A stretch of DNA of 62,470 bases, counting the filler, from Candidatus Huberarchaeum crystalense (GTDB lineage Archaea; Huberarchaeota; Huberarchaeia; Huberarchaeales; Huberarchaeaceae): assembly GCA_002790315.1 (NCBI GenBank). It is 9 parts of 9 records of this genome, joined end to end, with 100 filler letters (N's around TTAATTAATTAA, not from the genome) between each part and the next. Parts side by side here need not be neighbours in the genome. Positions count along the whole stretch, not along the records: positions 7,357 to 12,999 come from PFUW01000037.1; positions 13,100 to 21,850 come from PFUW01000039.1; 7 more parts are not named here. One strand, given 5' to 3'. Shown in pieces: positions 9,872 to 20,588 of the stretch. Position 1 is the stretch's first letter, and each line of letters starts with the position of its first letter. A program made the translations under genes and the position numbers. The notes beneath the pieces were generated by a model. That model did no database searches. It was not told the DNA's origin and saw only the letters and a list, made by a program, of their open reading frames with translations.

Positions 9872-11173
9872 TTAAAAAGGAAACACACTTTGAATAAACA
9901 AAACAAACGCAAAAAACTGCTGATTAAAAATGTTCGCTAAAAGCAATGCAAAAACCAAAAAATAAATAGAAAATTTAAGATAATGTATTGCTTTTGTATT
10001 TTTCACGAGCAGATTTAGCAAATCCTCACAAATATAGCCACCATCTAATGGCTTTAGAGGAAGAAGATTAAACAAACCAACAAACAAATTAATAACAAAT
10101 AACCAACAAAGCAAGAAAAAAACATTGTTCTCAAATGTTGGCGCATAATATCCATATTTTAGCAAAGGTAAATTCAAATGCAAATTAAAAAAATTAACAA
10201 CATTCATAACAAGCGTGTTTTTGTCTGAAAAAAGTGAAAACATTATCCCTATGCTTGTTTTATTTGTTGTTGGGTTTTTTATAAAAGAAAAATTATATTC
10301 GCCAGCAGATGTTAGTAATGTTGCGTTTTGTCCTGGTTTAAATTTACTTGTGCTGTTATACAAACTTGCATAATCAGAGATTTGATACTCTTGTTCGTTG
10401 CAGCGCAATTTGTAAATCACCACATTTTGCGACACATTTAAACCATCTAAAGATGGATTGCAAATTGTATTATGGGGTTGCTCTGATTCTAATTGCTCAA
10501 TGTTTTCGCAATATGTCACATTTGAAATAAGAACACCCTGGGGACTAATACTAGATATTGCAGCAAACAATGTTATAAAAACAAAAGTTAGCATGCCTAT
10601 AATTAAGATGTTTGCTCCAGGACCTGCTGCAAAAATCCGCATTCTATTCAAAATTGTTGTTTTAGCCACTTGTTTTTCGTCAGGTGCTGTAAAAGCTCCA
10701 ATAGGACCAATAGGAACAGGACCTATACCTATAAATGCAAGACCTAACTCCCTTACTTTAATTTTTTGTGCTGTTGCTACAAAAGCGTGCGCAAGCTCGT
10801 GAAAAATAAGCAGCAAAACAATACAAATAAGAAAGATGTGCCAAGAAATAGAAAGTACATACGGCGAATCAACTTCAATAGGCAACAATATTTTAACAGC
10901 AGGCCCTGCAATTTCAGGGTGACTAAAATAAATTTGAAGATTCAATATTAACAAATAAACCATAATAACACTGCAAACAATCCCAACAACAATTGAAACA
11001 TTGCCAAACCATTTAAAAAATTTACTGTGTTTTTGTCCAAATTGTTTTATAAAATTAGTTCCTTTTTTTGTAGGAAGAAGTAAGAAAATACCTTCTTTCC
11101 GCCAAGATTTACGCGTCAAAAAATAAATCGCTGTAAATAGTGCAACCCAACCAAGCAGATAAAGCCAAGACAT
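9872..11173 (-). CDS. Site-2 protease (M50 intramembrane metalloprotease) with PDZ-like insert
   Basis: HELAH, AAGPGAN, FNLLPLKPLDGG, several TM segments. Start at MSWLYLLG (11173). Confidence 0.92.
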   Translation of the reverse strand: MSWLYLLGWVALFTAIYFLTRKSWRKEGIFLLLPTKKGTNFIKQFGQKHSKFFKWFGNVSIVVGIVCSVIMVYLLILNLQIYFSHPEIAGPAVKILLPIEVDSPYVLSISWHIFLICIVLLLIFHELAHAFVATAQKIKVRELGLAFIGIGPVPIGPIGAFTAPDEKQVAKTTILNRMRIFAAGPGANILIIGMLTFVFITLFAAISSISPQGVLISNVTYCENIEQLESEQPHNTICNPSLDGLNVSQNVVIYKLRCNEQEYQISDYASLYNSTSKFKPGQNATLLTSAGEYNFSFIKNPTTNKTSIGIMFSLFSDKNTLVMNVVNFFNLHLNLPLLKYGYYAPTFENNVFFLLCWLFVINLFVGLFNLLPLKPLDGGYICEDLLNLLVKNTKAIHYLKFSIYFLVFALLLANIFNQQFFAFVLFIQSVFPF

Positions 11174-11261
11174 AAACTTATTTGTAAGATTATAAAAAGT
11201 TGGTTTAGAGCTTTGTATAAACTTTTTACAGAGCAAAAAATGCGATTGTAGTGGTCTGTTT

Positions 11262-12019
11262 ATGATTTTATAAATTGCTTTTATAACCCTGTCTTTAATT
11301 TTAAAACACCTAACTCTCGAAGCTTTGGAAATTATTAAGGCGTGCGACAAAGTTTTTTTAGAGAAATATACTTTAGATATTAGTTATGATTTTGACGCTT
11401 TGACTAAGCTGACTGGAAAAAACATCAAATTAATTGAAAGAAAAGATGTTGAATCATACTCTTTTTTGCCTCTTTCTGAAGAAAAAGATAAAAAAACAAA
11501 TAAAAATGTGGCTTTGCTTGTTTTTGGAGACCCTTTAATAGCTACAACACACACAGAATTGCTTTTAGAAGCAAAACAACGTGGCCTTGAAACCCGAATA
11601 ATTCACAATATTTCTATTCTTAATGTTATAAGCAGAACTGGCTTGCAACCATACAAATTCGGAAAAATAGCTTCTATTCCTTTTTGGCAAGAAAACATTG
11701 AATATAGGCCCTGCGGATTTTATAATTTGCTTGAACAAAATCAAAAAATCGGCGCTCACACGCTTTTTTTGTTAGATTTAAATCCAATAGACAACAAATA
11801 TTTAAGCCCTGGCCTCGCAATCGAGATGCTGATAAAATGCGAGATGTTGAAAAAAAAGCAAATTATTAATGAAGACACTTTGTTTATTGTTTGCTCTCGC
11901 CTCTGCTCAAATACAGAAAAAATTGTTGTTGGAAAATACAATAAAATAAAATCAATAGGGTTTGGTCTTCCACCCCACTGCATAATTATTCCCAGCCCAC
12001 CACATTTTAAAGAACAAGA
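11262..12019 (+). CDS. dph5: Diphthine synthase (5' end irregular, 3' end in gap)
   Basis: LTLEALEIIKACDKVFLEKYT, GDPLIATTH, TGLQPYKFGKIASIPFW, HTLFLLD, FGLPPHCIIIP. The in-frame ATG at 11262 is followed by TAA at 11271. Confidence 0.85.
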
Positions 12020-12133
12020 NNNNNNNNNNNNNNNNNNNNNNNNNNNNNNNNNNNNNNNNNNNNNNNNNNNNNNNNNNNNNNNNNNNNNNNNNNNNNNNNN
12101 NNNNNNNNNNNNNNNNNNNNNNNNNNNNNNNNN

Positions 12134-12999
12134 GTATAACACCAAGCACAAACCAACAGATGTAAGAAAAAAAGAAATTGCTCCGAGCAACAAAATGCGT
12201 CGCATATAGATTCCTGAAAGAATGGGTTTATCTTTAAAAACCTTGTAACTTATTCCCAAAAATACAGCAGATGCGACAAAGAAAATAAACCACAGCCAAG
12301 AATAATCACTTTTTTTGTCATCTGCTAAAAACATGCCAGATAGTGTGTTGTTTTGCTGCGAGATATTAATTAAGCTAACCAAACTTGAATTTATTGTGCT
12401 GTTATTGATAATCAAGCTAATGTTTGCTTGTTCATTGTTTTTGCCAAATTTTGTAACATCAAATATAATATTTTTCTCTTCATTTGCATTCAAAAACACA
12501 AATGTTTTGTTTGGTGAAAAACCCCAAGTTGCAGATTTAATATTCAATTCAGCAGAGCCACTGCAATTATTTGAATGTAAGGTTACAACCACGCGCATTG
12601 TTTTGTTGTCTTGCTCAACTACACTTACATTCCATAAAGAAATATTAAATTCACAAATAGGTTTTTGATATTTTAAATATAGCACACAACTATTTGCATA
12701 TGATATTGTAGGCGTTGCAGTAATTGTACATTGTTCAGAATCTAACAAAGAAATAATTAACCCGCCCTCACTTGTTGCGTTTTCATCTGCAAGTGAAACT
12801 TTTGCTCCACAATTAGAGGTAAATTTATATGTTTTTATGTATTTTGACGCAGTTATAGAAAAATTAAACATTGGATTTGATACATTAACTAAGTAAAAAC
12901 CATCAGATAATTTTGGATAATATGTCAAGTTAATAAAACTACATTCTGTTTGAACATGACTTTGTAATGTTTTAATAGGTTGTGTTTGTTGTGAGCTTG
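12134..12999 (-). CDS. Fragment of an extracellular Asn-rich protein with C-terminal membrane anchor
   Basis: Frame is open between two gaps; many N-x-S/T sequons; two TM helices (WLWFIFFVASAVFLGI; ILLLGAISFFLTSVGLCLVLY). Confidence 0.65.
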
Positions 13000-13155
13000 N
13001 NNNNNNNNNNNNNNNNNNNNNNNNNNNNNNNNNNNNNNNNNNNTTAATTAATTAANNNNNNNNNNNNNNNNNNNNNNNNNNNNNNNNNNNNNNNNNNNNA
13101 TTTGATTGTAATTCCTTGCTACAACCACAACACACAACCTTTATTTTTTCTTTAT

Positions 13156-14073
13156 TTATTGTTTAATTTTGAATAGTTTAAATTTAACAAGCACAAGTAA
13201 GGCAAGTAAAACCATAAACAGCGGAATCAAAGACAGTATTGAAAGAATTCCTGGTTTTTGGATTTCTGTTGCATCACTCATTTTTTTGTAAATATTTTGT
13301 TCAGTTAGTTGGTGCGCGCAAAGTTGATTAAAATAACTCTTAACACCTGACAAATGTCCTGCACCAAGAACAACAAGAACTTTTTGGTTTGTTGGGTTTT
13401 GTTGAAAAATTTGAAAAAGACGAAATGCAATAAAAAAATCGCGCTCTTCAACAAATGCGCGGTACATATACGGAGCTTCCTTTTTAAGCAAAGTGATTAT
13501 CTCTTCAAGTTGCGAAGAATTATTAAGAATATTGCTATCTATCTTAGGAACTGCTATTTTTTTCGGAAAAAAAAGGTTTAGCTTTTCTCTCCAAGGTATT
13601 GAAATAAAATGATTCATTGTTATGTATATGTGTCTGTCAATTAATTTTAACGGAAGATTGTGTTGCTTGGCTTGCTGAATTGCTGTTAGCATATCAACTC
13701 CTGGCTCTAAATCAAAGCTCAAAGATTTTTGAAGTGAGGCAAAAAGCCAATTTAGCAGACCAATAACTGATAAATTAAAGTGGCGCGCAACCTTCTTATT
13801 TTTTGTTTTTTCAAGCAAATATTTATATCTATCTTCATCAAGTTCAACTGCAACAATCGTTGGATGCTCTTTTTTTACTGCTTTTTTAATGTCTTCCACA
13901 CTTTTTTTAAAAATATGCCCTGTTCCAACAAAGATAAATTTAGTTAAAGTAGTAGGTGTAATGTTACTTATATTATTAGTTGCAGATATTGTAGAATCTT
14001 TACCTATTATATAAATATAATTAGATATGTATTTTGTTTCAGTTTTGGTTTTGTATTTAGCTTTGTGTTCCAT
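13156..14073 (-). CDS. TraB/PrgY (Tiki-like) family protein
   Basis: VGTGH, VAVELDEDR, PGVDM, LIDR, EERD, VVLGAGHLSG, C-terminal TM. Start uncertain. Confidence 0.88.
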   Translation of the reverse strand: MEHKAKYKTKTETKYISNYIYIIGKDSTISATNNISNITPTTLTKFIFVGTGHIFKKSVEDIKKAVKKEHPTIVAVELDEDRYKYLLEKTKNKKVARHFNLSVIGLLNWLFASLQKSLSFDLEPGVDMLTAIQQAKQHNLPLKLIDRHIYITMNHFISIPWREKLNLFFPKKIAVPKIDSNILNNSSQLEEIITLLKKEAPYMYRAFVEERDFFIAFRLFQIFQQNPTNQKVLVVLGAGHLSGVKSYFNQLCAHQLTEQNIYKKMSDATEIQKPGILSILSLIPLFMVLLALLVLVKFKLFKIKQ

Positions 14074-14081
14074 AAGATGTA

Positions 14082-14191
14082 TTTGGTTTTATATTTATGT
14101 ATTTATTTTGGTTTTATATTTATGTATTTATTTTGGTTTTATATTTATGTATTTATTTTGGTTTTATATTTATGTATTTATTTTGGTTTTA
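14082..14191. repeat. 25-bp tandem repeat, about 4.4 copies
   Basis: Unit TTTGGTTTTATATTTATGTATTTAT at 14082, 14107, 14132, 14157 and partial at 14182. Confidence 0.95.
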
Positions 14192-14209
14192 AGTATTTTG
14201 TGTTTATCT

Positions 14210-15373
14210 TCATGTTTCATAAATTTTTCTGTTTTTATTTATTTTCTCTTCGCTATACAAAAACTCATTTACTCTTGGCTGAATTGCTTCGCGCTGCTGT
14301 CTAAATTTTTCCAAAAAATCATTGATTTTCTTAATTGTATAGATTTTTAGTTCACTTGTGAGCATTTTTCCACTTTTATAATTATTATAAATTTCTTGCA
14401 ATTTTGCATTGTCTGGCTCAAAGAATAATTTTAAGTATTGAAAACAAGTATCGATGTCAGGATTTCCACCCTTTATTCGATGCTCCTCAATTGTTGGCTG
14501 GCCTCCAGAAAAAGCATATTTTTTTATTTTATTTGCAACTTCTTCGGGCGTATCGTCAAGAAAAATTGCACTGCTTGAATCGCTTGAACTCATTTTTCCA
14601 GTAGGACCTTGTAAGCCAGGCAAAAATACGCCAGCAAGGCAAACTGGCTTATAAAAGCCCATTTTCTCATTTATATCTCTTTGCAACCTAAAATATGGGT
14701 CTTGGTCAATGCCATAAGGAATTAAACAAAGTATGTTTTTTTTGTAAATTTTAGAGGGCAACACAGCTAAAACCATTTGAACAGCAGGATAAAAAATTGC
14801 ACCAATATTTGTCTTATTATTAAATCCAAATGTTGCTTTTACATTTGAAAAGTTTAGTTTTTTTGCAATTTCGCAGGCTGTTTCATACATTACACTTATA
14901 TGTTTAAAATCACTAACAATAATTGTTTTCTCAGAATCAAAACCAACAGCTAAAATATTTAAAATATCAATTTCTGCTTGTTTTTTAATTTGGTCAATGG
15001 TTTTTTCTTTGAATAAAAATTTTTCGTCATCTGAAATCTGAATCCACACTTCACACCCAAATTTATCTTGTAACCACTTTACAAACACAAATGGAAGCAG
15101 ATGTCCAAGATGCATATCCTGCGATGGACCGCGCCCAGTATATATATAAAACTTCTCACCTTTTTCATAAGCATCAAGAAGTTTATCTAAATCGCGATGA
15201 GCAAAGAATATTCCTCGCTCTAAATAAGGATGAAGTTCGCCGCCAGTGTGCTTTTTGATGCGTTCAAGCAACTTTGTGTCTATAACATTAATCCCAAATT
15301 CTTCAATTAATTTACCATAATCTACTTCTCCTTCAACTTCCCAAGGTGTTACTTTAAAATTTTCAGATACCAT
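14210..15373 (-). CDS. trpS: Tryptophan--tRNA ligase (archaeal type)
   Basis: VTPWEV, YTGRGPS, MHLGH, DQDPYFR, KMSSS, KYAFSGG. Confidence 0.97.
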   Translation of the reverse strand: MVSENFKVTPWEVEGEVDYGKLIEEFGINVIDTKLLERIKKHTGGELHPYLERGIFFAHRDLDKLLDAYEKGEKFYIYTGRGPSQDMHLGHLLPFVFVKWLQDKFGCEVWIQISDDEKFLFKEKTIDQIKKQAEIDILNILAVGFDSEKTIIVSDFKHISVMYETACEIAKKLNFSNVKATFGFNNKTNIGAIFYPAVQMVLAVLPSKIYKKNILCLIPYGIDQDPYFRLQRDINEKMGFYKPVCLAGVFLPGLQGPTGKMSSSDSSSAIFLDDTPEEVANKIKKYAFSGGQPTIEEHRIKGGNPDIDTCFQYLKLFFEPDNAKLQEIYNNYKSGKMLTSELKIYTIKKINDFLEKFRQQREAIQPRVNEFLYSEEKINKNRKIYET

Positions 15374-15418
15374 AATCTATTTGTAATGAGGTGAATAATA
15401 ATGATTAAAACTTAAAAA

Positions 15419-16000
15419 CTAAATTTGCTTTATCAAATCTTCAGCAGTTTCTATTTTTTGCTTAAATACTTTCAGTGCACTTTTCAAAATTTCTTCTGCT
15501 GTAAGTTGTCCTATAGACACAATTCGCAATGTGAAAGTTCTACTCTTCTCATCATAGTTATAATATACGTGCGATGCTTTTGCTTTTGTGTGTTGTTCGC
15601 CTGTGCTTATTTTGCAAGTTCCTTCTAATTTTATTGTCTCGCTGTCGCGCAATTTAATAATCATGATATTTGGATAAGCTATATTAATGCCTTTGATGTC
15701 GCTTGCGTGAACAGTGCGCGGACCATCAACATCAAGGGTGAATTTTATAGCAGAAACATCAGACTGGTTTTCAATATCTTTAAGTGTTTGTTTTATAGGG
15801 CATAGGCCAATGCGGTGCGCTAACCATTCTTCAATATATGTTATTTTTGTTTTTCCAAAAATAGAAACACTATCAACAACAATTATAGGAATTTCGTTCA
15901 TTAAAATTCTTCGAAGGCTGTTGACAAACGCAGGAGATGTATTTTTAAGCTGACAAACAACCTCTCCATCACTTTTTTTAAGAATTTCAAGCCCCACCAT
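15419..16000 (-). CDS. rpoD: RNA polymerase subunit Rpo3 (D)
   Basis: FVNSLRRILMNEIP, EEWLAHRIGLCP, GPRTVHASDI; follows S13-S4-S11. Confidence 0.92.
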   Translation of the reverse strand: MVGLEILKKSDGEVVCQLKNTSPAFVNSLRRILMNEIPIIVVDSVSIFGKTKITYIEEWLAHRIGLCPIKQTLKDIENQSDVSAIKFTLDVDGPRTVHASDIKGINIAYPNIMIIKLRDSETIKLEGTCKISTGEQHTKAKASHVYYNYDEKSRTFTLRIVSIGQLTAEEILKSALKVFKQKIETAEDLIKQI

Positions 16001-16006
16001 ATTTTA

Positions 16007-16612
16007 TTATACTTTTCTCCCTCTTCTCCCATATTTTAGCTTTTTGCCATAATAAATTGGCATTACATCTTTTAAATGAATGATTTCATATTTGTCGTGG
16101 CTAAGCATTTTAAGAATTATTTGCGCTGCTTGCCCTATTCTGTCACTCTTTATTCCCCCTTTTCCACGCACTCTAACAATCAACCTACTAATTTTGTGCG
16201 TTGCCAGAACATTTTCAACAACCTGCACCATTCCAATAGCAGCAGCTTGCTCATCACGGTGCGCTTTGTTTTTTGTAAGCATTCCTCCAGATGCCTTTGC
16301 CAATATTTCACTGCCAGTTATATCTGTAAGTGTGATATGTGTGTTGTTTTTTGATGACTGAATATAAATAATTGCTGCGCGCAAAGGAGTTTTTATCTTT
16401 TTTACATCTGCTTGTTGTTTTTGACTTAATTGCTTTGCTTCTACTGTTTTCCTATCTATCAGTTCTTCTTGTTTTTCTTGTTCTATTTCTTTTATTATTT
16501 CGCGCTTAACTTCTTTAATTTCTTGTTTTAACTTTTCAGCATCTACTTTTTTGTTATCTTTTGATTTTTTGGTAAATGTTTGCTCGCTAATATTTGTTTT
16601 TTGATTAAGCAT
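16007..16612 (-). CDS. rps11: Ribosomal protein uS11 with long charged N-terminal extension
   Basis: SSKNNTHITLTDITGSE, ASGGM, VRGKGG, GRRGRKV. Confidence 0.92.
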   Translation of the reverse strand: MLNQKTNISEQTFTKKSKDNKKVDAEKLKQEIKEVKREIIKEIEQEKQEELIDRKTVEAKQLSQKQQADVKKIKTPLRAAIIYIQSSKNNTHITLTDITGSEILAKASGGMLTKNKAHRDEQAAAIGMVQVVENVLATHKISRLIVRVRGKGGIKSDRIGQAAQIILKMLSHDKYEIIHLKDVMPIYYGKKLKYGRRGRKV

Positions 16613-17132
16613 TGCTTTTTATCTCCTTAATTTCTTGTGTTATTTGACTTGTTTTTNNNNNNNNNCCAACAACAATGTCTACTGTCATTTGCTTTTCTTC
16701 TTCAAGAGTCACAGGATAAGAAGGAATATCTATAACTTTATCTTTGATTTTTATTTTGCGATGCGTAACGCTTTGTCTCGCTTGCTTAATTGTTTTTGCT
16801 ATTTTGTGCTTAAACACAACTGTTTGAAGCCGACGAGAAAGCACCTTTTCAACATTTATGTCAAGCACATCGCCTAATGTTGAAGTCCCAGATATATAAC
16901 CTTTCTCTTTTATTTTAGTTAAAAACTTCGCCTCCTCATCGAGGTTTTTTTGTGCAATCAATCGTTTCGCTGCATCTCTTATTTTCTTAACAATTCCTTG
17001 CGCAACATAAATTTCTTTTTTGTTTTTTAACCCAAAAGTTTTAACAATAACCTTTTCTTCGGCAATACGGGCCTTATCCCATTTCTGCGTTGGCCGTAAA
17101 TATATTTTATGTGATTTTCTTGTTAATCCCAT
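16605..17132 (-). CDS. rps4: Ribosomal protein uS4
   Basis: FGLKNKKEI, RRLQTVV, AKTIKQARQ, IPSYPV. Confidence 0.93.
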   Translation of the reverse strand: MGLTRKSHKIYLRPTQKWDKARIAEEKVIVKTFGLKNKKEIYVAQGIVKKIRDAAKRLIAQKNLDEEAKFLTKIKEKGYISGTSTLGDVLDINVEKVLSRRLQTVVFKHKIAKTIKQARQSVTHRKIKIKDKVIDIPSYPVTLEEEKQMTVDIVVXXXXKTSQITQEIKEIKSNA

Positions 17133-17186
17133 TATTTTTTTCCTTGAACAAATAATATCTTAAAACTTTGTTTTAATCCCATTTAA

Positions 17187-17756
17187 TTATTTATTTCTTG
17201 TGCGGTCTTTTGTTGGTTGATTTGCTTGTTTTGCTGATGATTTTTCTACACCATCTTTTGCACTAAACTTTCGATGTCTTAGATCTTTTTTTCTTGTTTG
17301 CTGTTTTATTCGATTAATTCTGCCAGAAGTGTGGGTTTTTTGTCCTCTTACTGTAAGTTTGCGTGATCTTCTTATAGCTTTTCGTGACTTGCTTTCCAGT
17401 TCAGCATCAAGAATTTGCTTTTCAAAAAAATCCAAGTCAGACATAATAATATGCTCGTTTTTTCCTGTAAATGGTTGGATACGCTTGTTCATTAGCCACA
17501 CCGGAATTTTTCTCAAATCTGCGCGTATCTTATCCTCTAACATAGTAATTTCATCAACAGAAAACTCTCCTATTTTTTTAGCTACAATATCCTTATTCAT
17601 CTGCATTAAAGCATTTCCAATAGCATAAGACACGCCTTTAATAGTTAGGAATGCGCGCGCCAAGGTTATATCTCCTCGTATGTCTCGCCCAAAAAAGCGC
17701 GCTCTTAGTTGAAATTCGTTTTTGACAGGATTTTTTTGTGTTGTTGTGTTGTTCAT
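17187..17756 (-). CDS. rps13: Ribosomal protein uS13
   Basis: IKGVS, IPVWLMNKR, VRGQKTHTSGR; operon context. Confidence 0.92.
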   Translation of the reverse strand: MNNTTTQKNPVKNEFQLRARFFGRDIRGDITLARAFLTIKGVSYAIGNALMQMNKDIVAKKIGEFSVDEITMLEDKIRADLRKIPVWLMNKRIQPFTGKNEHIIMSDLDFFEKQILDAELESKSRKAIRRSRKLTVRGQKTHTSGRINRIKQQTRKKDLRHRKFSAKDGVEKSSAKQANQPTKDRTRNK

Positions 17757-17765
17757 ATTCTTTTT

Positions 17766-19208
17766 ATGAAAGAGTTAAATATAAAAATTATGGATATTGA
17801 CAAGAAAGCGAATTTCTCAGAATGGTATGACGAAGCACTCAAAGAGAGCGAAATTTTGGATTCGCGCTATAATTCAAAAGGAATGTTTATTTGGTTGCCT
17901 TATGGATTTAAAATTATGCGCAGAATAAAGGAAATGTGGGATAAATTGTTTCAGGACGCAGGAATTCAAGAATGCTATTTCCCTCAATTAGTTCCAATAG
18001 AGTATGCCGAGCAAAATAAAAGTTGGTGGGAGGGGTTTAAAGAAGAAGGTTATTTAATGGTTACAGGCAAGAACAAAGAGGTTCAAGGCATTATAAGACC
18101 AACAGGTGAGCCAGCAATATATCCAATGTATAAATTATGGATTCGCACTTTTAGTGATTTACCTCTTCGTCTTTACCAAACAACCAGCTCCTTTCGCTAT
18201 GAATCAAAAAGCACGCGCCCCTTAATTAGGGACAGGGAAATCACTATGTGGCACGAAATTCACACTGCTCACGCAACAAAAGAAGAAGCTGAAAAAGAAG
18301 TTGATTTACATATAAAACTTTGGGATAAACTTTGGGACAAATTAGCTTTGCCTGTTTGGAAAGTAAGAAAGCCACAATGGGAGTGTTTTGCAGGCGCTGT
18401 TGGAGCAATTGAATATTATACACTTTTTCCTTCAGCTAGGGTTATGGAAACTGGTTCTGTGAATAATTTAGGACAGGCCTATGCAAAGGAATTTGACATT
18501 AAATTCAAAGATACTGACGAAAAAGAGCACTTTGTTTGGCAGGTTTGCACAGGTGTTGGTGCTCGTCTTCTCGCAGCAATTATATCAATTCACGGAGATA
18601 GAAAAGGAATTATAGTTCCTCCTGAAATTGCGCCAACAAAATGCGTCATTGTCCCAATTATGTTTAAAGGAAAAGAGCAAATTATTCTCAAAAAAGCAAA
18701 AGAAATAGAAAGCATGCTAAAAAAGGAAAATATTAGTGTTTTTATTGATAGTCGTGATGAAATTGCAGCTGGTCGAAAGTTTTATGAGTGGGAAGCAAAG
18801 GGAATTCCTTTAAGAATTGAAATTGGTCCGCGCGATTTGGAAAAAAACCAAATCACAATTGTTAGGCGTGACAGCAATGAAAAAGTTGCTATAAATGAAA
18901 GCAAAGTTATTGAAAAAGTGCGCGAACTGTTAGACAATATTCAAAAAAGTTTGTTAAAAGAAGCAGAACACGAATTAAAAAAAAGCATAGTTGATGTGAT
19001 TACATTTCACGACATTAAAAAAGCAATTAAAAATAAAAAAGTTGCGCGCGTCTTTTGGTGCAAATCAAGAGATTGCTATGATATATTTGGCGGGATAGGT
19101 GATGGGATAGAGGGAATAGGCACAGATCTTGACGAAAAAACAAATGGAAAATGTATTGTTTGCGGAAAAGAAACAAAAGCGCGCTTGTTTATTGGAAAGA
19201 GTTATTAA
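17766..19208 (+). CDS. proS: Proline--tRNA ligase (archaeal/eukaryotic type)
   Basis: FSEWY, RPTGE, FRYE, TRPLIRDREI, GIPLRIEIGPRD, C-terminal CIVCG...KSY. Start is 17766 or 17790. Confidence 0.96.
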   Translation: MKELNIKIMDIDKKANFSEWYDEALKESEILDSRYNSKGMFIWLPYGFKIMRRIKEMWDKLFQDAGIQECYFPQLVPIEYAEQNKSWWEGFKEEGYLMVTGKNKEVQGIIRPTGEPAIYPMYKLWIRTFSDLPLRLYQTTSSFRYESKSTRPLIRDREITMWHEIHTAHATKEEAEKEVDLHIKLWDKLWDKLALPVWKVRKPQWECFAGAVGAIEYYTLFPSARVMETGSVNNLGQAYAKEFDIKFKDTDEKEHFVWQVCTGVGARLLAAIISIHGDRKGIIVPPEIAPTKCVIVPIMFKGKEQIILKKAKEIESMLKKENISVFIDSRDEIAAGRKFYEWEAKGIPLRIEIGPRDLEKNQITIVRRDSNEKVAINESKVIEKVRELLDNIQKSLLKEAEHELKKSIVDVITFHDIKKAIKNKKVARVFWCKSRDCYDIFGGIGDGIEGIGTDLDEKTNGKCIVCGKETKARLFIGKSY

Positions 19209-19547
19209 ATAAGTGTTTAGATTGTTTGAATAAAGTTTATTTGTGAGTAGGTGTGTAAGAAATATACTTATATTTGGATTTTTGCAGTTTTATATCTAAA
19301 AGTTATATGCTTTTACAAAATGCAGCTTTTTTTAAATATAATATGGTAGAGTTTTTATCTAAAAAAACATAAACAACAACATTTTAACTCTTTAAAACAA
19401 AATATAATTTTTGTCATCAAAAAAGTTTTACAAAATAAATACTACAAAATCCTTTTTCAAAAATAACTAATTTATAGCAAACCCTACCAAATCAACCAAA
19501 CATAAAGAACACTAAATTCAAGTAAGAATTTATTTTTTATTTTTATT

Positions 19548-19712
19548 TTATTCAATTGCAGCCATAGGACAAATCTCAACACATCTGCCGCACTTCTTGC
19601 ACTTTTTCTGATCAATCACAAGATTTCTGTTTTTTAAAGAAATCGCGCCAAAAAAACAAACACTCAAGCACGCTCTGCACCCAACGCATTTTTCAAAATT
19701 TATTTTAAGCAT
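19548..19712 (-). CDS. 2x[4Fe-4S] ferredoxin
   Basis: CVGCRACLSVC and CKKCGRCVEICP motifs. Confidence 0.9.
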   Translation of the reverse strand: MLKINFEKCVGCRACLSVCFFGAISLKNRNLVIDQKKCKKCGRCVEICPMAAIE

Positions 19713-19728
19713 AATTTTTTTAGTAGAG

Positions 19729-20444
19729 TTAAACAATTTTAAATTCAATACAAATCTGATCTTCTTTCGGCGAATGAGGAAGCACTCTCCTCTGCGTTAA
19801 AAATTCAATTTGAACTTTGGCTTTTTCAGCAGCAGATTTTATCTTTTGATTTGCTGTCTCAAAATCACCTATATTTGCAAAGGTGTAAAAAACCACTCTT
19901 CCACTTTTTTTCGCTGCAAAAAACACAATATTCAAAAAATCTTCTGAAATCTTTGGGCCTGGCATAAGCACTAAATCAAATGATTTTGGCAGAAGTTTTT
20001 TAACCTCTTGGCACGCATCTCCACAAATTAATTTAACTTGGTCTTTAACTTTATTTAATTTTACATTTTCTTGCGCGAGTTTGTGTGCATTAGGATTTAA
20101 TTCAATAGCTGTAATCTTAATTGCTTTGTGTTTTTTTGCAATGTTAATTGGAAATGGCGCAACTCCTGAAAACAAACATAAAATCTCTTTTTCTTGCTGT
20201 TGGATTGAGTTAGCGATTTTCAATCGCTCTGTTCCTTGGCGCGAATTAAAAAATACTTTAGCAATATCAACAAAAAACAGACACTTATTTTCNNNNNNNN
20301 NATTTCTTTTGCATATTTCTGAGTTTCTGGTTCAAGTTTGACCACAACAAGATCTCCAATTACATCATATGCGCGCGGAATCACCTCTCTTGGAATTTTA
20401 GGATGCTTTGAAATGACAAGTTCTACAAAATTTTTAAGATTCAT
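19729..20444 (-). CDS. trm5: tRNA methyltransferase Trm5/Tyw2 family (split by N gap)
   Basis: PRAYDVIGD before the gap; FFVDIAKVFFNSRQGTER, LFSGVAPF, IELNP, ICGDA after it. Confidence 0.85.
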
Positions 20445-20588
20445 AGATTTTTTAATAAAGATAGATACTTATTAATATTATTAATATTTATGATTTTTAA
20501 GATTCATAGATTTTTTAATAAAGATAGATACTTATTAATATTATTAATATTTATGATTTTTAAGATTCATAGATTTTTTAATAAAGAC
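20430..20588. repeat. 63-bp tandem repeat, about 2.5 copies, spanning the HD-gene stop and trm5 start
   Basis: ATTTTTAAGATTCATAGATTTTTTAATAAAGA at 20430, 20493, 20556. Confidence 0.95.

Noticed and set aside
9520-11273. Stop-codon reassignment suggested by in-frame TAA in DUF167 and dph5
   Set aside because: TAA terminates most intact genes here, and the DUF167 copy also has a frameshift.
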